DNA of 64,000 nt from the human T2T-CHM13v2.0 reference genome, Homo sapiens: assembly GCF_009914755.1 (NCBI RefSeq), contig NC_060926.1; one strand, given 5' to 3'. Within the stretch, counting starts at the first letter, position 1; every line of letters begins with the position of its first letter. Both the position numbers and the translations under genes were made by a program. Positions 1 to 15,451 of this stretch are shown here, piece after piece. The notes beneath the pieces are model-generated. The model did not search any database, was not told where the DNA came from, and saw only the letters and a list, made by a program, of their open reading frames with translations.

Positions 1-716
1 TCAGGCGCATGTGAATTGTTCAGTAATAGTGGGTGTGTTAAAACACATTTTATGCATTTGCTTAATATGCCCATGATATTAAAATTCTGTAAGAATCATA
101 ATCACACCCTCACAGTCTATTTCTGTTCTCCTTCTTCTATTTCTAAAAGGGAACGTATTCCACTTTTACACTTAGTCTTTTGTTACTTTAAAACTAGAAC
201 AAAAAATTCTTGGATCCACCTTCTGAAGTTAGATTTAGAGAAGATTTAAGCTCTAACAAGAGAAGCCAAGGTTCATTCTTTCCAAATTTTCTCTCCACAG
301 TGTTTCTGTGATTTTTTTTTTAAGATCTAGATGCTATTTCCTCAAGTGATGTATAAAGATGCCTCAACGGATGAGCAGAGCTAAATTTACTTAGACTCTG
401 CCTTTTTTTCTTTAAGTAGAGTAGGGGGTTATTAATTGTCTGGTTCTGTAATATCTATTCCCTGTTCCTTCACCCACCCATGCCTAAAAATCTTTGGAGG
501 CATTAAGTAAAGAAAGTCACATTCTAGAGAAAGAGTACTCACAGCTGCCTTTTGTTTTGTTTTGCTTTACTCTCTCCATTTAATGTGGTAGTATCCCACA
601 CTACCTTTAAAAAAAAATAACTTTTTTGATCCTTCAAGTAATACATACTTATTGTAGAAAAATTTGAAAATACGGAAAATATTAAAACTCAGAGGTGCTC
701 AAGATAAGCCTTATTG

Positions 717-1444
<728 letters not shown>

Positions 1445-2019
1445 CTAATAATTTTGATTAAATTGAAAATGTCATTAAATGAAATAAATGACCTAGTTAT
1501 TTTTATAAATATTTACATTTCCAGAAAATTCAAGCAATTTTAGTACAAGTAAATAATAGCTTTTATCTGTAATAGCTATCTATATCTTTTTAACCTCTAT
1601 TTAAAAAATCTATTAATATACTGGTAAAACAGAAACTAAAAAATTTTAAAACTTTGTTGTAGATTTTATTATTTTGTTTTTGATTGTCAGGTTAAAAGAA
1701 GATTCCAAGTGAGAAATTATGTGCTTTTCGTTTTATTCAGTTAGCAAATATTTATTGACTGTCTACTATTTAAAAGATAGCGTATGCTTGGCACACAGAC
1801 ACTCCATAAATATTACACTCTTCTCTTTTGAAATATGCAAAGGAAATGAGATGGTGCATGCTAGTGCCACTTTTCAGTTTATCCATATTCATTTGTTTTG
1901 TTGCCTTGCCGACGAGTAATAGGTAATGGACTCAAGTTATTAAAACAATCAGTGTTTTACTTACTGTAGGCTCAGCAGTGTGTGAGACACTAAGATTTTT
2001 CTCAAAAAATGCATGTTGT

Positions 2020-2414
<395 letters not shown>

Positions 2415-3590
2415 TTATAATGGGCACCACCCACAGTGGCCAATCATATCCATAGATGAAGGTTTTCTGTATAGGTGCAGTAAGAGTATTAAAAATACTT
2501 AGTTTTATTTAATTTCAATGTGCTTCCATTATATAGAGAAAAAAATTCAAGAAACATAATGAAAATATGGCCTTTTTAAAAATCATGAACATGGGCATAA
2601 AAGATAAATTGTACCCAACTGCCCTTTGGATCAAGACCAAATTAGTAAAAATGAAGGCGAATTCTATGACTCCGTCTTCACTGATTTGAGAATGTCAGAA
2701 ATGAACTGATGTGTTTTGTGTATTTCTTTTATTTTAACTATAAGTTCCTGGAAGAATAGGAAATTCAACCTCTCCTGTGTGAGGACTGAAAGCATACCTG
2801 AAAGCATTGCCACTGTAGTCACCCTGTACTTACTACAGTTGTCCACTATGGACCCATAATTTAAGGCATGCTAGATTATTCACGCCAACTTCTCAAACCA
2901 AACTATTGAAAGACAAGAAATAAGATCTCAAAGCACAAACCATGTGAGCAAGGATTTTTTAAAAAAGATTTTTGTCACATTATTTATTTTTTCTACGTTG
3001 TTCATTTCACATGCAAAAACCCTTTCTTAAGTTTATTTTTAATTTTTTATATTTTTTAAGCCTAGTCCTTCTCTCAACTTGTTTCCACTGAAATCATTAT
3101 AGAAAATTATTTTGCTTTGTTCTACAAGGACAGAATGTATTTTAACTCTGTTTAAAAGACCTAGAATTCTCTCCTGTTACAGGGAGACCCACATCAAGTA
3201 CCCCAATTATTGTCTGTATGTAGACACATTCTCAAGGTGCTTACTATAGAATACAGTGGAACTTTTCTCATTTGATAGTTTACATCACCATTGTAAGAAG
3301 GAGGAGAAACTGGGACATAGGTAATGTTTTCAGTGATATGTATGGGCAGATATTCCTGGGAAGCTTTGGTCAGACCTTTTCATCACAACCACACTCATCA
3401 AATCAGAAATGAAAAGGGCCTTAGAAAGAATTCAGTCTAGACCCCTTGTTTTACAAATGAAGAAACTAAGTTAGTTTTCAGGGTTAACAAAGAGTGAGAG
3501 GCAGAGCCAATAATATAACATAATCACCTTATCTTGAGCCAAATGCTTTTTTCTGTTATTCCATACTCCTGTTTTGAAGTTGAATAGTGA

Positions 3591-3890
3591 GGCTAGGCAC
3601 AGTGGCTCACGCCTGTGATCCCAACACTTTAGGAAGCTGAGGTGGGCAAATTGCCTGAGCCCAGGAGTTCCAGACCAGCCTGAGCAACATGGAAAAACCC
3701 CGTCTATATAAAAAAATAAAAAAATTAGCCAGTTGTGGTGGCATGTGCCCATAGTCCCAGCTACTTGGGAGGCTGAAGTGGGAGGATCACCTAATCCCAT
3801 GAGGCAGAGGTTGCAGTGAGCCAAGATCACACCACTGCACTCCAGCCTGAGCAAGAGAGTAAGACCCTTCTCAAAAAAAAAAAAAAAAAA
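3591..3890 (+). mobile_element. Alu (AluJ-like)
   Basis: Diverged Alu with poly(A); TSD resembling aag(t/c)tgaata. Confidence 0.93.
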
Positions 3891-6083
3891 GCTGAATATT
3901 AAGTTATTCTGCTAGTTCTCATAGCACAATAGTAAACAGAAAGTGAAACAATAACCAGGTAGTAATCAAGCTTATTAACTGATCCATTATTGTCAGTGAT
4001 GCTTTTTATGGAATTAGATAAGAAAGGAAGTATTATATTATTATCATTTAGTATTTTTAAAATAATAGTTTTGAAGTCTTATTTTCTGAGGTATTAACCT
4101 TGAGGAGTATTTAGTGTTTACATTTACCTTTTGCAATATATCCTTTTGGTGACTGTCTTCGTCAGTGCACAAATCTTTGATTTTATAGTTTAGATGATTA
4201 GATATGAGAAGTTATCCTTATCATATATGATTATGCTCATGTATAATTATGTGCTACCTGGATATTTTTCTCAAATAACAATGGCCTTATCAATAACCCA
4301 AGGATATATCAAGTTTAAAAATTTTTTAATAACTGAATTTATTTTGTTTCAGTTCAGAAAAACCCTATTTTCATTGACAGCATAAACTGAAATATATTCT
4401 TACATGAAATCATTTATTTTGCATCCTTTTAGACATTTGTCCATGTATCTAAAAATGAACTTGTTTTTTTCTTTTATGGAAAACAGTAAGGAGATCTGAT
4501 TGTATGTATAATGTATTGAAATATGGAGCTACATACCAATATTATACACTAGTATATAAAGAGTTTATTTAGTATTTACTTTTCTTGTCTTGAATGGTAG
4601 TGGAATAATAAATCCCTGAAGAAAGCACTTTGGTCCATGGAATACAAATGATGACTTTGATGCCTCCTGCCTGTGAAGTATCAAAAGATACAGGATTTTA
4701 ACCCCCTTTGGAATCACTTGGGGGAAATAATGCATCTTCTTATTTGAGAAACTCTCTAAAAATAAGGAAAAAAACCCACTCAATTTCAAAACAGCACATT
4801 TTCAAAATGTCTGAAGCATGACATGTCTATAAAGGAATTCTACATATAAAATAGAAAATCTTAAGAAAAGGAGAAAATTTATAGTTTTTGATATTTTATA
4901 CTTACCAAAAATTCTGTCTTTTAGCACAAGTAAACCTAGGTAGCAGGGACCAAGACTGAAAATAATAATAAACCAACAAGTAATGGAAATAAGCAAGTAA
5001 ACAAAAATGAAAACATTCTGCTAGGTAATAAACAGATTCCACAAACACATTATACTGAAAAGTAAGTGTATCAAAGAGTTAGGGAGCAAAGTTAAGTTCC
5101 TAATAAAAGGATTGTGTTGTCAGCTAGAAGCTTTAAGCGTTCCATCTCCAGGTTTGGTAGGATGAGAAGGAAAATAAGATATATCATCGTGTGTCCAGCA
5201 TAGTTCCTTGAACAAAAAAAAAGGTATTTAGTAGGTAATGAATGAATTAATGAATAAATTACAGAATAGATAAATTAGTGTAGAAGTAGAATTTTTTCAA
5301 TGAGATGATAAATTCTTTGTAGCTATGAAAAGCAGCTGCAACCTTTGTTTTCAAATATGTCCCCTATAAAAATCCACCCACCCGTGAGCTACTCAGTTAA
5401 TTTATGTCAAGGTGATGCACAAGTTCCTACTTGCCAAAACAAAGTTCAGCACTCTCTAAAGGAAGAGAACAAAAGCAAAGCAGAATCGACAAAAAGAAAA
5501 TCTTCACATCTTTAAGAGACAACCATGTTCAGTACAATGACAAAGAATCAAATGGCACTTTACATGTATTTGCAGGATACTGTGTCACTCAAAGTAATGG
5601 GAGGGAGAGAGAACAGGGAGGGTAGGGATGCTTTTGAAAAAGCTTTTTTTCCCACTTTTAACTTGCTTTAGCGTTAAGAGTACTTACCAGCTAATAATGT
5701 GGAGGAAATTATTCTTTCTCATTGGAGATTACAGAATATATCTATTCATCTTGAATACCCACTTGAAGCCTCTGTAGAAATGTCTCGTCCTCCGGTTGTA
5801 TTTCTAAAACCTACATGATTTTGTCTTGTTTCTGCAGTGAGAAATTACATCCATAGCAAAGACAAAAGTCTTTTTAAATTATTTTTATTTATCTTTCATA
5901 TAGTTCTTACAATTTCTAAAAAATTAACACTCATTTAGTATCACAATTTATGGGAGAGGGTTTTTTGTATTTTTAAGCATATGTGGCTTATATAAAAATT
6001 GCAGAAGTCATAGGACTGTCATGTATTGCAGCTCTGAGAACCAATGCCTGAAACTTAAGCCAAAAAAAAAAAAAAAAAGTTAT

Positions 6084-6466
<383 letters not shown>

Positions 6467-7884
6467 TCATATTTTGAATACCTTTCAGTCCCAGTGTTTG
6501 CCTCCATAACTTGAAAATCGGAGTAGTTCAGGTGGTTTTGAGTTCTAATGTATTGTCATAGTGGGGAAACATTGCTGCCACCTTCTGTGTTGGTCTTCTT
6601 CCCTTAGCCTTCAACACTCTCGGGGGACTTTTCTGTTCTCTGTTGTGTCCCCATCTTTTTGTTTGTTTGTTTTTTAAGAAACCAGGTTGTGCTTAGTCAA
6701 TGATAAAACTAGAATTTCTCCCTCACATTATTATCTTGTGATAAGATAAAGCAGTATACAGTTAATTAACAGGGTTAGAAATCCAAGATTCTTTCTCTTC
6801 CTCTGGGAAAATATTTAGCTAAAAATGTCAGTGAGCCCAATTGTAAGCCTTAAAAAATGGTGGCTTTGAGTCGTGGATCTTTGTTTCGTTTCACTGTCTC
6901 AGAGCACACAATACATGTGAAGGGCAGCCTTGTTGAAGCTAATCTCTGTTTTCATGGGAAAGGTAATTTGAAGCCAGTCCTTTTGATTCCTATAGAAATA
7001 TGAAATAAAGTGTATGTATGTCCACACACTTGTGTGCACACAGGCACAGACACACAACTGCAAACAATGTGTCTTCCAACTTTAACACCAAACTTCATTT
7101 TGCCTTTGTAGCGGGAACCTTGGGGACCTCCACTCATTCCAGGCCCATTTTCCAGGATTGGAAAGCTGTACACAGAGAAGCAGTGACATAAAGTTATTCA
7201 GATTCTCACTCTGATAGTCATCTACCACTTGGTGGTCTGAAGCAATTAATACGGTTTCCCAGAGACCCTAACTTTCTATAAGTTTATCCACTTGAGACTA
7301 CTAATAAACAAAAAACAAAATGTCTAAATACTATGACAGAAATCCAAATATTGCAGACTTATCTGAAATACGCTTTTCAATAACTTCCCAGGTAAACATG
7401 TATTTACTTTTAAAGCTATTCTGTCTTGAATTTGTAAGGATCTTTGCAAAACTGAATGATATATTCTGAATTTTGAAAAGATGTAGCTTCTTAGGCATAT
7501 TTTACAGTTTGAGAATTTTATAAACAATTACTAATGGTTCATTACTTTTGTAATTAAAATACAGATTTGCTGTTATGCAATTTAAATTACTTTTTAATTT
7601 TACCTCACATCTGGTAGGAACTATAACGAATTATTTATGTATTTATAAGTACGTATAAGATAATTATGTTTTTTAAAAGTAGGGTGTGCAGAATTTGAAG
7701 GTAAATTCACAGTTATCCTCAAATATCTTCAATGTGTATGTAGATCTTAATTTCAAATCTTATAGCAAAAAAATTCAATATTTAGCCAACTTTCAAAGCA
7801 TGTCCTGAATAGATTATTTTGTATGTTAGTGAAATTAGTATGTAATTTCCTTTGTTAAAAAATCTCCATTTTCCCTCCACACAG

Positions 7885-7975
7885 TGAATATGGCCACAAG
7901 CAGGCTAATAGGGGCCGTGGCCGGCACCATTCTGGCCCTGGGGGTGATTTTTGGAGGCACAGGGTGGGGAATAGA
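7885..7975 (+). CDS. ADAM23: ADAM23 alternative transmembrane exon (beta isoform), (V)NMATSRLIGAVAGTILALGVIFGGTGWGI(E)
   Basis: Acceptor ttttccctccacacag ends at 7884 and donor GA|gtaagc starts at 7976. The exon is 91 nt with the same phases as the alpha exon and encodes a hydrophobic helix ending in the ADAM11/22/23-type GGTGWG motif. Confidence 0.92.
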
Positions 7976-10205
7976 GTAAGCATCCTTGCCAGTTTCAGAG
8001 TGTTTCTGTGTGGTGCCTGATGTGTGAGGCGATGCCTGTACCTGACTCCATGTCTCGTCCTGTTGACCGTGTTTCCTGTGGTAGTGCACCTTGTGGTGTG
8101 ACTTGGATGTTGCTTGTGTCCTGTGGTTTTCTTGTGTCATGTAGAACCTTCTCCTGTCTGGAACAATGTGGGGCATAACATAACACTGGGTGTGCTTCCG
8201 ATATCTTCATAATTAAGGCAATAGTCCCAACACTTCCATTGCTCCTCCACTTTGTAGAAGTAATTTTAAAATACAGACTTTTTTTTAAACCATTTATTGG
8301 CAAAAATGCTTTTATATGTGTGTTTTCTTAGGATTCTTGTAATAAAGTTAATCTGTGCCAGTCAAATAAATTTACATATATAACTAGCAATTATCAACAG
8401 TTATAGGACCTTTTAAAGGTAATAAAAATGATAGCTACTAATGTTTTCTTCATTTATTTAGAATGATATAGGAGGCTGCAGCTTAATTTTTTAAAAAGAA
8501 GATATTTAGCATACTGCCTTCCTATTTTTCCTATAAAATAGGTTAATAATTCAAAATTGAAGTCTACATAAATATTTGGAAGCAAGGAGCATTAAGAATG
8601 AAAAAATATTTAATCCAAACCTGTATAACCATAAGTGAACAGCTGCAAATCACCTGGTGGGTTCGTCTTAAAAGTAGCCAGGGTGTAAATAAATATATTG
8701 TGTGCCACTTGCCCATTAAGCTGTCACAGAAATACAGTTCTCCTGATGCTTTGATTTAGGGTGCTCTGTACTTGATCCACATCCTCAGAATAGCTGTCAG
8801 TTCTCCAGGGCACATTGCTTCCTGAGATTGCTAATCTGTAGATTAAAATATTATCATGATTTTTTTCTTCTCTCTCTAATTAGAAAAAGAATATTTAAGA
8901 ATGGCAGACATAACCCTTTACACAGTCTTTTCTGTCTACTGTGGTGGTGGTGGTAACACTTCAAAGTGGCCCAGGAATGAATTACTAGTATCTTCAGGAA
9001 TCACTAGATATCTTTGACTCACCCATCCCAAATCATGGGCTTATTGTGAATATCAGATATGTTTTTCTATAGTCCCATTAGTTAGAACAAATGGGTGCTC
9101 CTCTTACACACTGGAATTGGGAGACCCGGGGACCAAAATAGCATTAAGAGGGAAGCAGGTTCATAGTTCACACCTTGTGTTGAAGATGACATGAGCCTTC
9201 TTTCTCCTGGATTCAAGGACTTTGACCAGACTTAGATCTTCCAACTCACATCTCATCTCTATGGACTGTGAAGCTGGTTAGCACAGGGGAAGCTAGAAAT
9301 ACTAGAAAAGAGATTTTGTTTCTCCTTGTGTATTAGAAAACAAAGACCATAACAGGGATAAAAATATTTAGAGACAAAAACTTTGTCCTGTAAAATTTCC
9401 CCTTGGATCTGTTGACTGGATTGTATACAGAAGAAACATTCCTTTTTCAGGGCCAGCTCCATGCATGCATTTATGTGAAATTCCTCCTTGACAAATGGTA
9501 GTTTTCTGAAAATCATCCCAAATGCATTTTTTAACATTATACATTGGCTGTAACTTTGGTGTCCTTAAATGTACTAATTGAAAGGATGAATTTTAATAAT
9601 CCTTCCTTGAAGTCTTAGAGATAGGTAAAAATCAAAGAGGCCTTTCTTGTAAAACATAGTCCTTGTTATCAGCATTTGTTTTCATCAATCATTTCCAGTT
9701 TTGTTCGTTTGTGACTATTTCTAATTGTGACAGGTAAGTCTGTGTAAGTGTATGTATATTTTTTCTAAAGATAGATTTGTTATTATTCCTGGTTTATGAG
9801 CACTAGTTTTCTCTTAGCTTACTGATTTTTTTCCCCATCAAATTCCAAGTTTTAGCATAATTGCTCAAGAAATATAGTTTTTTAAAAAATAATGTAGTAC
9901 AATATAGATTGTCTCAACATTTCTTAGTTTAATTGATAGAGTAATGTTCATTCAGTCACTAAGAATTCCATGGACAGTTTTTTTTTTAATTTCTCCTTAG
10001 TTTATAAGTCAGGAATCATTTTTCATGAATTATGTGTTGATTCTAATCCTAGCCTATGTTTTCTGAAGCGGACGAAGTGCAAATCATATCCAAAGCATAG
10101 AGTATGTACATGGTTATATATTTTTTTAATATTTGTTTTGAAATTTGATTCTCTGTTGAATTGTGGGGAGGAAATACATGTAAGTAGAATAAAGTTTCTC
10201 TAAAA

Positions 10206-10426
10206 CAGAAGTTAGCAAACTTCTGTAAAAGGCCAGATGGTAAATAGTTTTAGCTTTCAGCCTACAGGGTTGTCTGTAACAACTTCTCAACAATGCTGTC
10301 TTAGCATGAAAGCAGCCATAAACAATATGTAAATGAATGTGCATGGCTATGTTCCGATAAAACTTTTTTGCAAAAGCAGACAGTGGGGCTAGATTTGGTC
10401 TGTGGGCTCCAGTTTCCTGACCCTTG
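10206..10426. mobile_element. MER58A-like hAT-Charlie DNA transposon
   Basis: Termini cagaagttagcaaac...gtttcctgacccttg; internal ggccagatggtaaata and gttccgataaaac. Confidence 0.8.
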
Positions 10427-10439
10427 ACTTATAGGATAT

Positions 10440-10640
10440 GTTTTAGGGTCAGACAAATCTGTGTTCACATCTTGCCGCTATCACTCACAAACTTCTAGAA
10501 GCCTGTTTCCTCATCCATTAAACAAGGATAGTCATAGTTCCCACCTCATACGATTTTTGTAAAGATCAAAAGAGATACTATATGTCAAGTGTTCAGTACT
10601 GTGTCCAGCACATAGTAAGTGCACAATACGGTAGCTGTTT
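10440..10640 (+). mobile_element. MIR SINE
   Basis: Core gcctgtttcctcatc and 3' cagcacatagtaagtgc. Confidence 0.75.
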
Positions 10641-12006
10641 AAACTATTTTTATGGCTCTCATTATTATTATTATTATTATTGGTGTATCTCTAAAGGCAA
10701 CTGAGATTCGTTCTCTAGACGGTCAGTGGTTAGTCTTAAGAGCATGTCACAAGCCCAGGAGCCTAAAGAGACCTGCACCCCGAGACTGTATTGCAGCTGT
10801 CCTCTACCTGCCCACCAAGCACTGGATGGTCTCCGAATAAAAACACATTATGCATGCAATTTGTGTGCTGCCAAAAGTGGCATCCATTTATGTACACAGT
10901 TGAGGGCACTGATGTGAGCAGAAAAGAGAATTTTTTACACAGAAATGAATGTTTACACAAAACTCAAGGATTTTCGGGAAACTAGCAACATTGGCTTTGT
11001 GATTCCTGGAGCAGGGATAGATAGGACTGAAAGTATTTTGTTGTTAGGGGACACTGTACCTGCATGTTAGCATCCTGAAGGATGGGATATGTAAAGTAAT
11101 TATTATACTAGGTTTAACGTTGCTTAGATTTTAAAATGCTAAGCTTAAGGAGAGGAGTGAGCGAGTGGACAGGAGTTACTAGGATATGGATTAGCTCTTA
11201 CCCTTAGCAATTGATAGAAATGCCACCTTGTCTTTTCTTTCTTACTGTCCTTTGGCTCTCTGCTTTTTTATATCTCTAAGCCTGAAAGTTCTGTTAGTAA
11301 CAATGGGAACTTTAAAGCTATTCTCAGTTGAATCTAAGGAATCTTTTTACCATTTCCCCAAAATTACCCAAATGAGATTTATGCTTCCTTATATCTTGCC
11401 TTTGGAACCCCATTTTGGTCTTTACCACTGTAAGGATAGTGAAGAAGTGTATCTTTGAGAGCAAGGCTTCAAAAGTCAGATCTGTATTGACTTCCTTCTG
11501 ACTGCTAAGTTTTAACTGTTTCCAAGTGGGGAATTAAAAAGTTAGCATTCAGACCACTTTTAGGTGCTTTTTGGAAGGGCATTGTAGCAGAATGTGTTTC
11601 CTTTCCTCCATGCCCCCATTTGTGAGTCAGATGGAGCTTGTCTGAATGCGATGGTGTTCTCTCTGTGCTTTTACTTATTTGATACATGATACTGGGAGAG
11701 GGGAAGAGAAGAAGGATGTGTAAAGACAGCAAGTGGGGCCTATTTGCTTCAAATTCTGTGAAAGGTGAATTTAATGGAACTTAATTGTCAATGGTGCAGA
11801 AACTTTAGATTTAAAGGCATATAAATCCAAGCAACGCTCACCGTAGCATCTAAAATGCAATTAAGCTAAGTAAATAAAGGCAATTTAAATGTTTAGCCGT
11901 CTTTTACACAGGATATTTACTTCCTGAAACTGCTTAACTGCCTTTCCCTTGTGGTAACGAAAGTGGTTGGTTCATATGACTCTCTTCCCATGATCCTTTG
12001 TCACAG

Positions 12007-12097
12007 GTCCTAGTGCCACCAATCTCATAATAGGCTCCATCGCTGGTGCCATCCTGGTAGCAGCTATTGTCCTTGGGGGCACAGGCTGGGGATTTAA
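12007..12097 (+). CDS. ADAM23: ADAM23 transmembrane exon (alpha isoform), (G)PSATNLIIGSIAGAILVAAIVLGGTGWGF(K)
   Basis: Acceptor cctttgtcacag ends at 12006 and donor AA|gtaagc starts at 12098; 91 nt. The translation matches the ADAM23 TM segment as I recall it. Confidence 0.96.
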
Positions 12098-15000
12098 GTA
12101 AGCAACGCCGCATGTCTTCTTCTCAGTGGCTCTGGCATTTCTCTTTTCTGCTTACATAACCAAGTTTTGAGTTCCTGCTACAAGAGCTTAGGTTCTGTCA
12201 GTCAAACTGCAAAAAATAAGTCTTTTTATTCAGAAATGGGTTAGAAATGAAGAAACACGGACCCTCAACTGTCATTTTCAGGCAAGTGGAAATGTAGAAG
12301 GAATTCATATACACTGATTTTTAAGGAGAACAACGAAGTTCTTTGGTAGAAGACAGTCCAGCTTGTAAGAGCAGGCACTCTGAGATACATTCATTTCTAC
12401 ACAGGAAATCGAGGAAACCATGTAGTTGGAAATAAGTGGATGTAAATTGCTTGTATCTGTTTAAAACTTGTTTGTAGTCCACTGATATTTTGAAATTTTC
12501 ACAACCTAAGTAATTATGCAATCATTACTTGTATTTTTCATATGTAACATAGTATATGTAGCTTTGTGATTTGAAAAGCTTTATAGTTTAATGAAAACAG
12601 ATTTTAAAAGTATTTGTATAATCCTCGACCAACTGAATTGGTTTTAAATCAGAATTTGAAAAATGTGGCTTTGTGACACTTAGTATTTTCTAATCAAGGA
12701 CTAAATATTGACCTGACAGGTAGGCCTGGTGTGTTTTCATAGTGACCTTTTAGTTTGGATTGCACACTGCTTACTGAACTAAGATTGTTTAAATAGACAC
12801 ACTGGGTATTCACAAATAAACTTCAATTGTGATCAAAATTTTTAAAGCTGATTTATCCAGGCTGGCTATTTCTACACTCCAGAATCATTGGATAATTGCT
12901 TTTTATACCTTTTCATGCTATAGTGAGTTGATGATTATGATTTGTAGGTAAGCCCTCCTGTGCCTCCTGTGATAAATTTTCAGCCAGATTCACAGAAACA
13001 AATTTAAGTGGGAAATAAGACCATTACCCAAATTCAAAACCCACTTTGCCTGCATCTGGTTACTCAAAAGAGGAAGCTTTTGCCCTGAACTATCTGAATA
13101 ATTGCCTTAATTATAAACTTTATATGTTTTATATTTGGGATTTTGAATTCAATATGTTTCAGCCAGTTAAAGTGTTATTTTTAGAAGCTGATTAAAGAAA
13201 CCAAAGATGATTTAAATACATTCAACATTTTCTGCTAATTTGTTATCATATTAAGATTTATTGAGTAAGTCTACAGTTTTGGAGTGCCTTTAACTTGAAA
13301 TAGTATTATAAAATTATACGTCTTTTCTCTCGGTATATTTGTAGAGTTGAACTTGTTTAGTAATGTAGTCTTGGCATCAGTGTGTTTTCAAAAACACACT
13401 CATAAAATGGACAACTCATATTTAAATTTATTGTTTTGGTATTAATAAAATATTGCCCACATAGTGAGTCACGCATGTGGCATCTAGTAAGAAATATGTT
13501 TTCGTTTGGGCGGACCTAATTCAAGCAAAACTGAAGTGTTCCACTGCTACAAAAAAGTCATTGAACATTATAGTACTGCCATACTCTTATTATTTTATAA
13601 TGCTTCCTTGAACTTTTTCATTAGTATGCCTCAAGAAAAATAAATCTGGATCATGCCCAGGCTTATGCCTCATTTGGCGTTAAGAAATCCCGGTTTCAAA
13701 GGCCTGGAAAACAGTCTATTACACGTCTTTGCCGTCTAGCCATATGCAATGCCAAATTTATCATTGCAGTGTTTCGAGAGAAGAGCACACTATTCTGTAG
13801 CAGGACCTCAAAACAGTGGCCTGGCCTAGCTCACAGCTTGAATTGCATGTTTCTTTGGGGAAAAATGGAAAAGCCTTTATCACTGTGTATATAAGTGGAT
13901 TAGGCCCTGTAAAGATTCTTTATATCTGAGAGAGAGAGAGATCTCGTTATCACAAGAACAGAAAACAAAAGGTGGGGGATCAGCACTTAGTGAGATGAGA
14001 AACAGCCTTTGCTGACTGCTGCCTGGTTGTTGCTGTGTAGGGACCTGTACTGCTGAGCTGAGTCAAAGCCCCTTCCTGTGCCCTGTAACTCTGATAATCA
14101 CTTTCAGGGAGAACTGTGTAGAAAGACACACAATAGGGTGAAGTATTTCATGCCCCGAAGCAAAGAAAACGATGAAGACTAAGAATAATTCCAGAACATG
14201 TAACTTCAGGAGTTTAAATTTGGAGAATGTGCTACTCCTGGGTGACTGTTGGTTGCTACATGAGGACCTTAATTTGCTTTAGATTTTAGTAGTAACTGTG
14301 TGGTTTGTGTTCAGCTTTAAATAACACTTCTACCTTGTAATAAAAGGCTTTTGGTGCTGAATGATAATGTTTAGATTTTCCCACCACTTGGACAGTTCTG
14401 GAGATTACTAGTCTGGAGATAATTCGTAAGTATAATTATTTGCTATTTGAACTGAAAGCCTTTGGGTTTGAGTTCAATGTAAATGTTTAAAAAGAAATTC
14501 CTTTAGAATCAGAAGTTGAAAATAGTTTGTACAAAAGATTGTTCTAAATGCTGCTATTGGGAATCCCTCCTGATACCAGGTTTTTATTTCTAGAAGAAAA
14601 GTTGGTAAGGTAACCTGAACAATTTGAGGGCATGTCAACTTTTTGATTAAAGGAAAATACAGTAACTACTCAGGGAAAATACTATATTTTCCTAATGTCA
14701 CATTTCTTTAGGTGTACTAGTGAGTAGTTTAGATGTAGAAGTATCATACTATACGTGACCTGCCCAAGTATAAATGAGAAATACAGCTATGCTCTAAGCC
14801 CTGACCTTGTCTGCCATTCTTTAAAGTTCTTTCCTTAAACTATTATTTCCTCTGAAATAGGTGGTAAAAAGCATGAAAATGTGTGCATGTATGTGAATGT
14901 GTGCACATTTGTGTGTGTGAAGTGATAATAAAGATGTATCAAGATTATTATAATCTGAAAATAATACTGATTTAAATTACATACTTCCTTTTAGTAGATT

Positions 15001-15154
15001 AGTTGAGTCAGACCGCTTTGGTTAATGCAAGCAAGACTTCCACAAGCAAGGTTGTGGATTTCCTGAAGAATTTTTAAATGTTTTATTTGGTAGATTTTTA
15101 AAAAATATTGTCACATATTGTGTAATGTTATGGGTAGTAACTTTGCTTAATTTC

Positions 15155-15451
15155 TTTTTCTTTTTTTTTGAGACAGAGTTTTGCTTTTATTGCCCAGGCT
15201 GGAGTGCAGTGGCATGATCTCAGTTCACCGCAACCTCCGCCTCCCAGGTTCAGGCGATTCTCCTGCCTCAGCCTCCTGAGCAGCTGGGATTACAGGCATG
15301 CGCCACCACGCCCAGCTAATTTTGTATTTTTAGCAGAGATGGGGTTTCTCCACGTTGGCCAGGCAGGTCTGGAACTTCCAACCTCAGGTGATCCGCCAGA
15401 CTCGGCCTCCCAAAGTGTTGGGATTACAGGCATGAGCCACTGTGCCCAGCC
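15155..15451 (-). mobile_element. Alu (AluS-like)
   Basis: Perfect 16-bp TSD aactttgcttaatttc (15139-15154 and 15452-15467). Confidence 0.96.

Noticed and set aside
7835-8303. Minus-strand ORFs of 113 and 102 aa over the beta exon
   Set aside because: They are antisense shadows of the exon and the A-poor UG tract, which lack minus-strand stops by composition.
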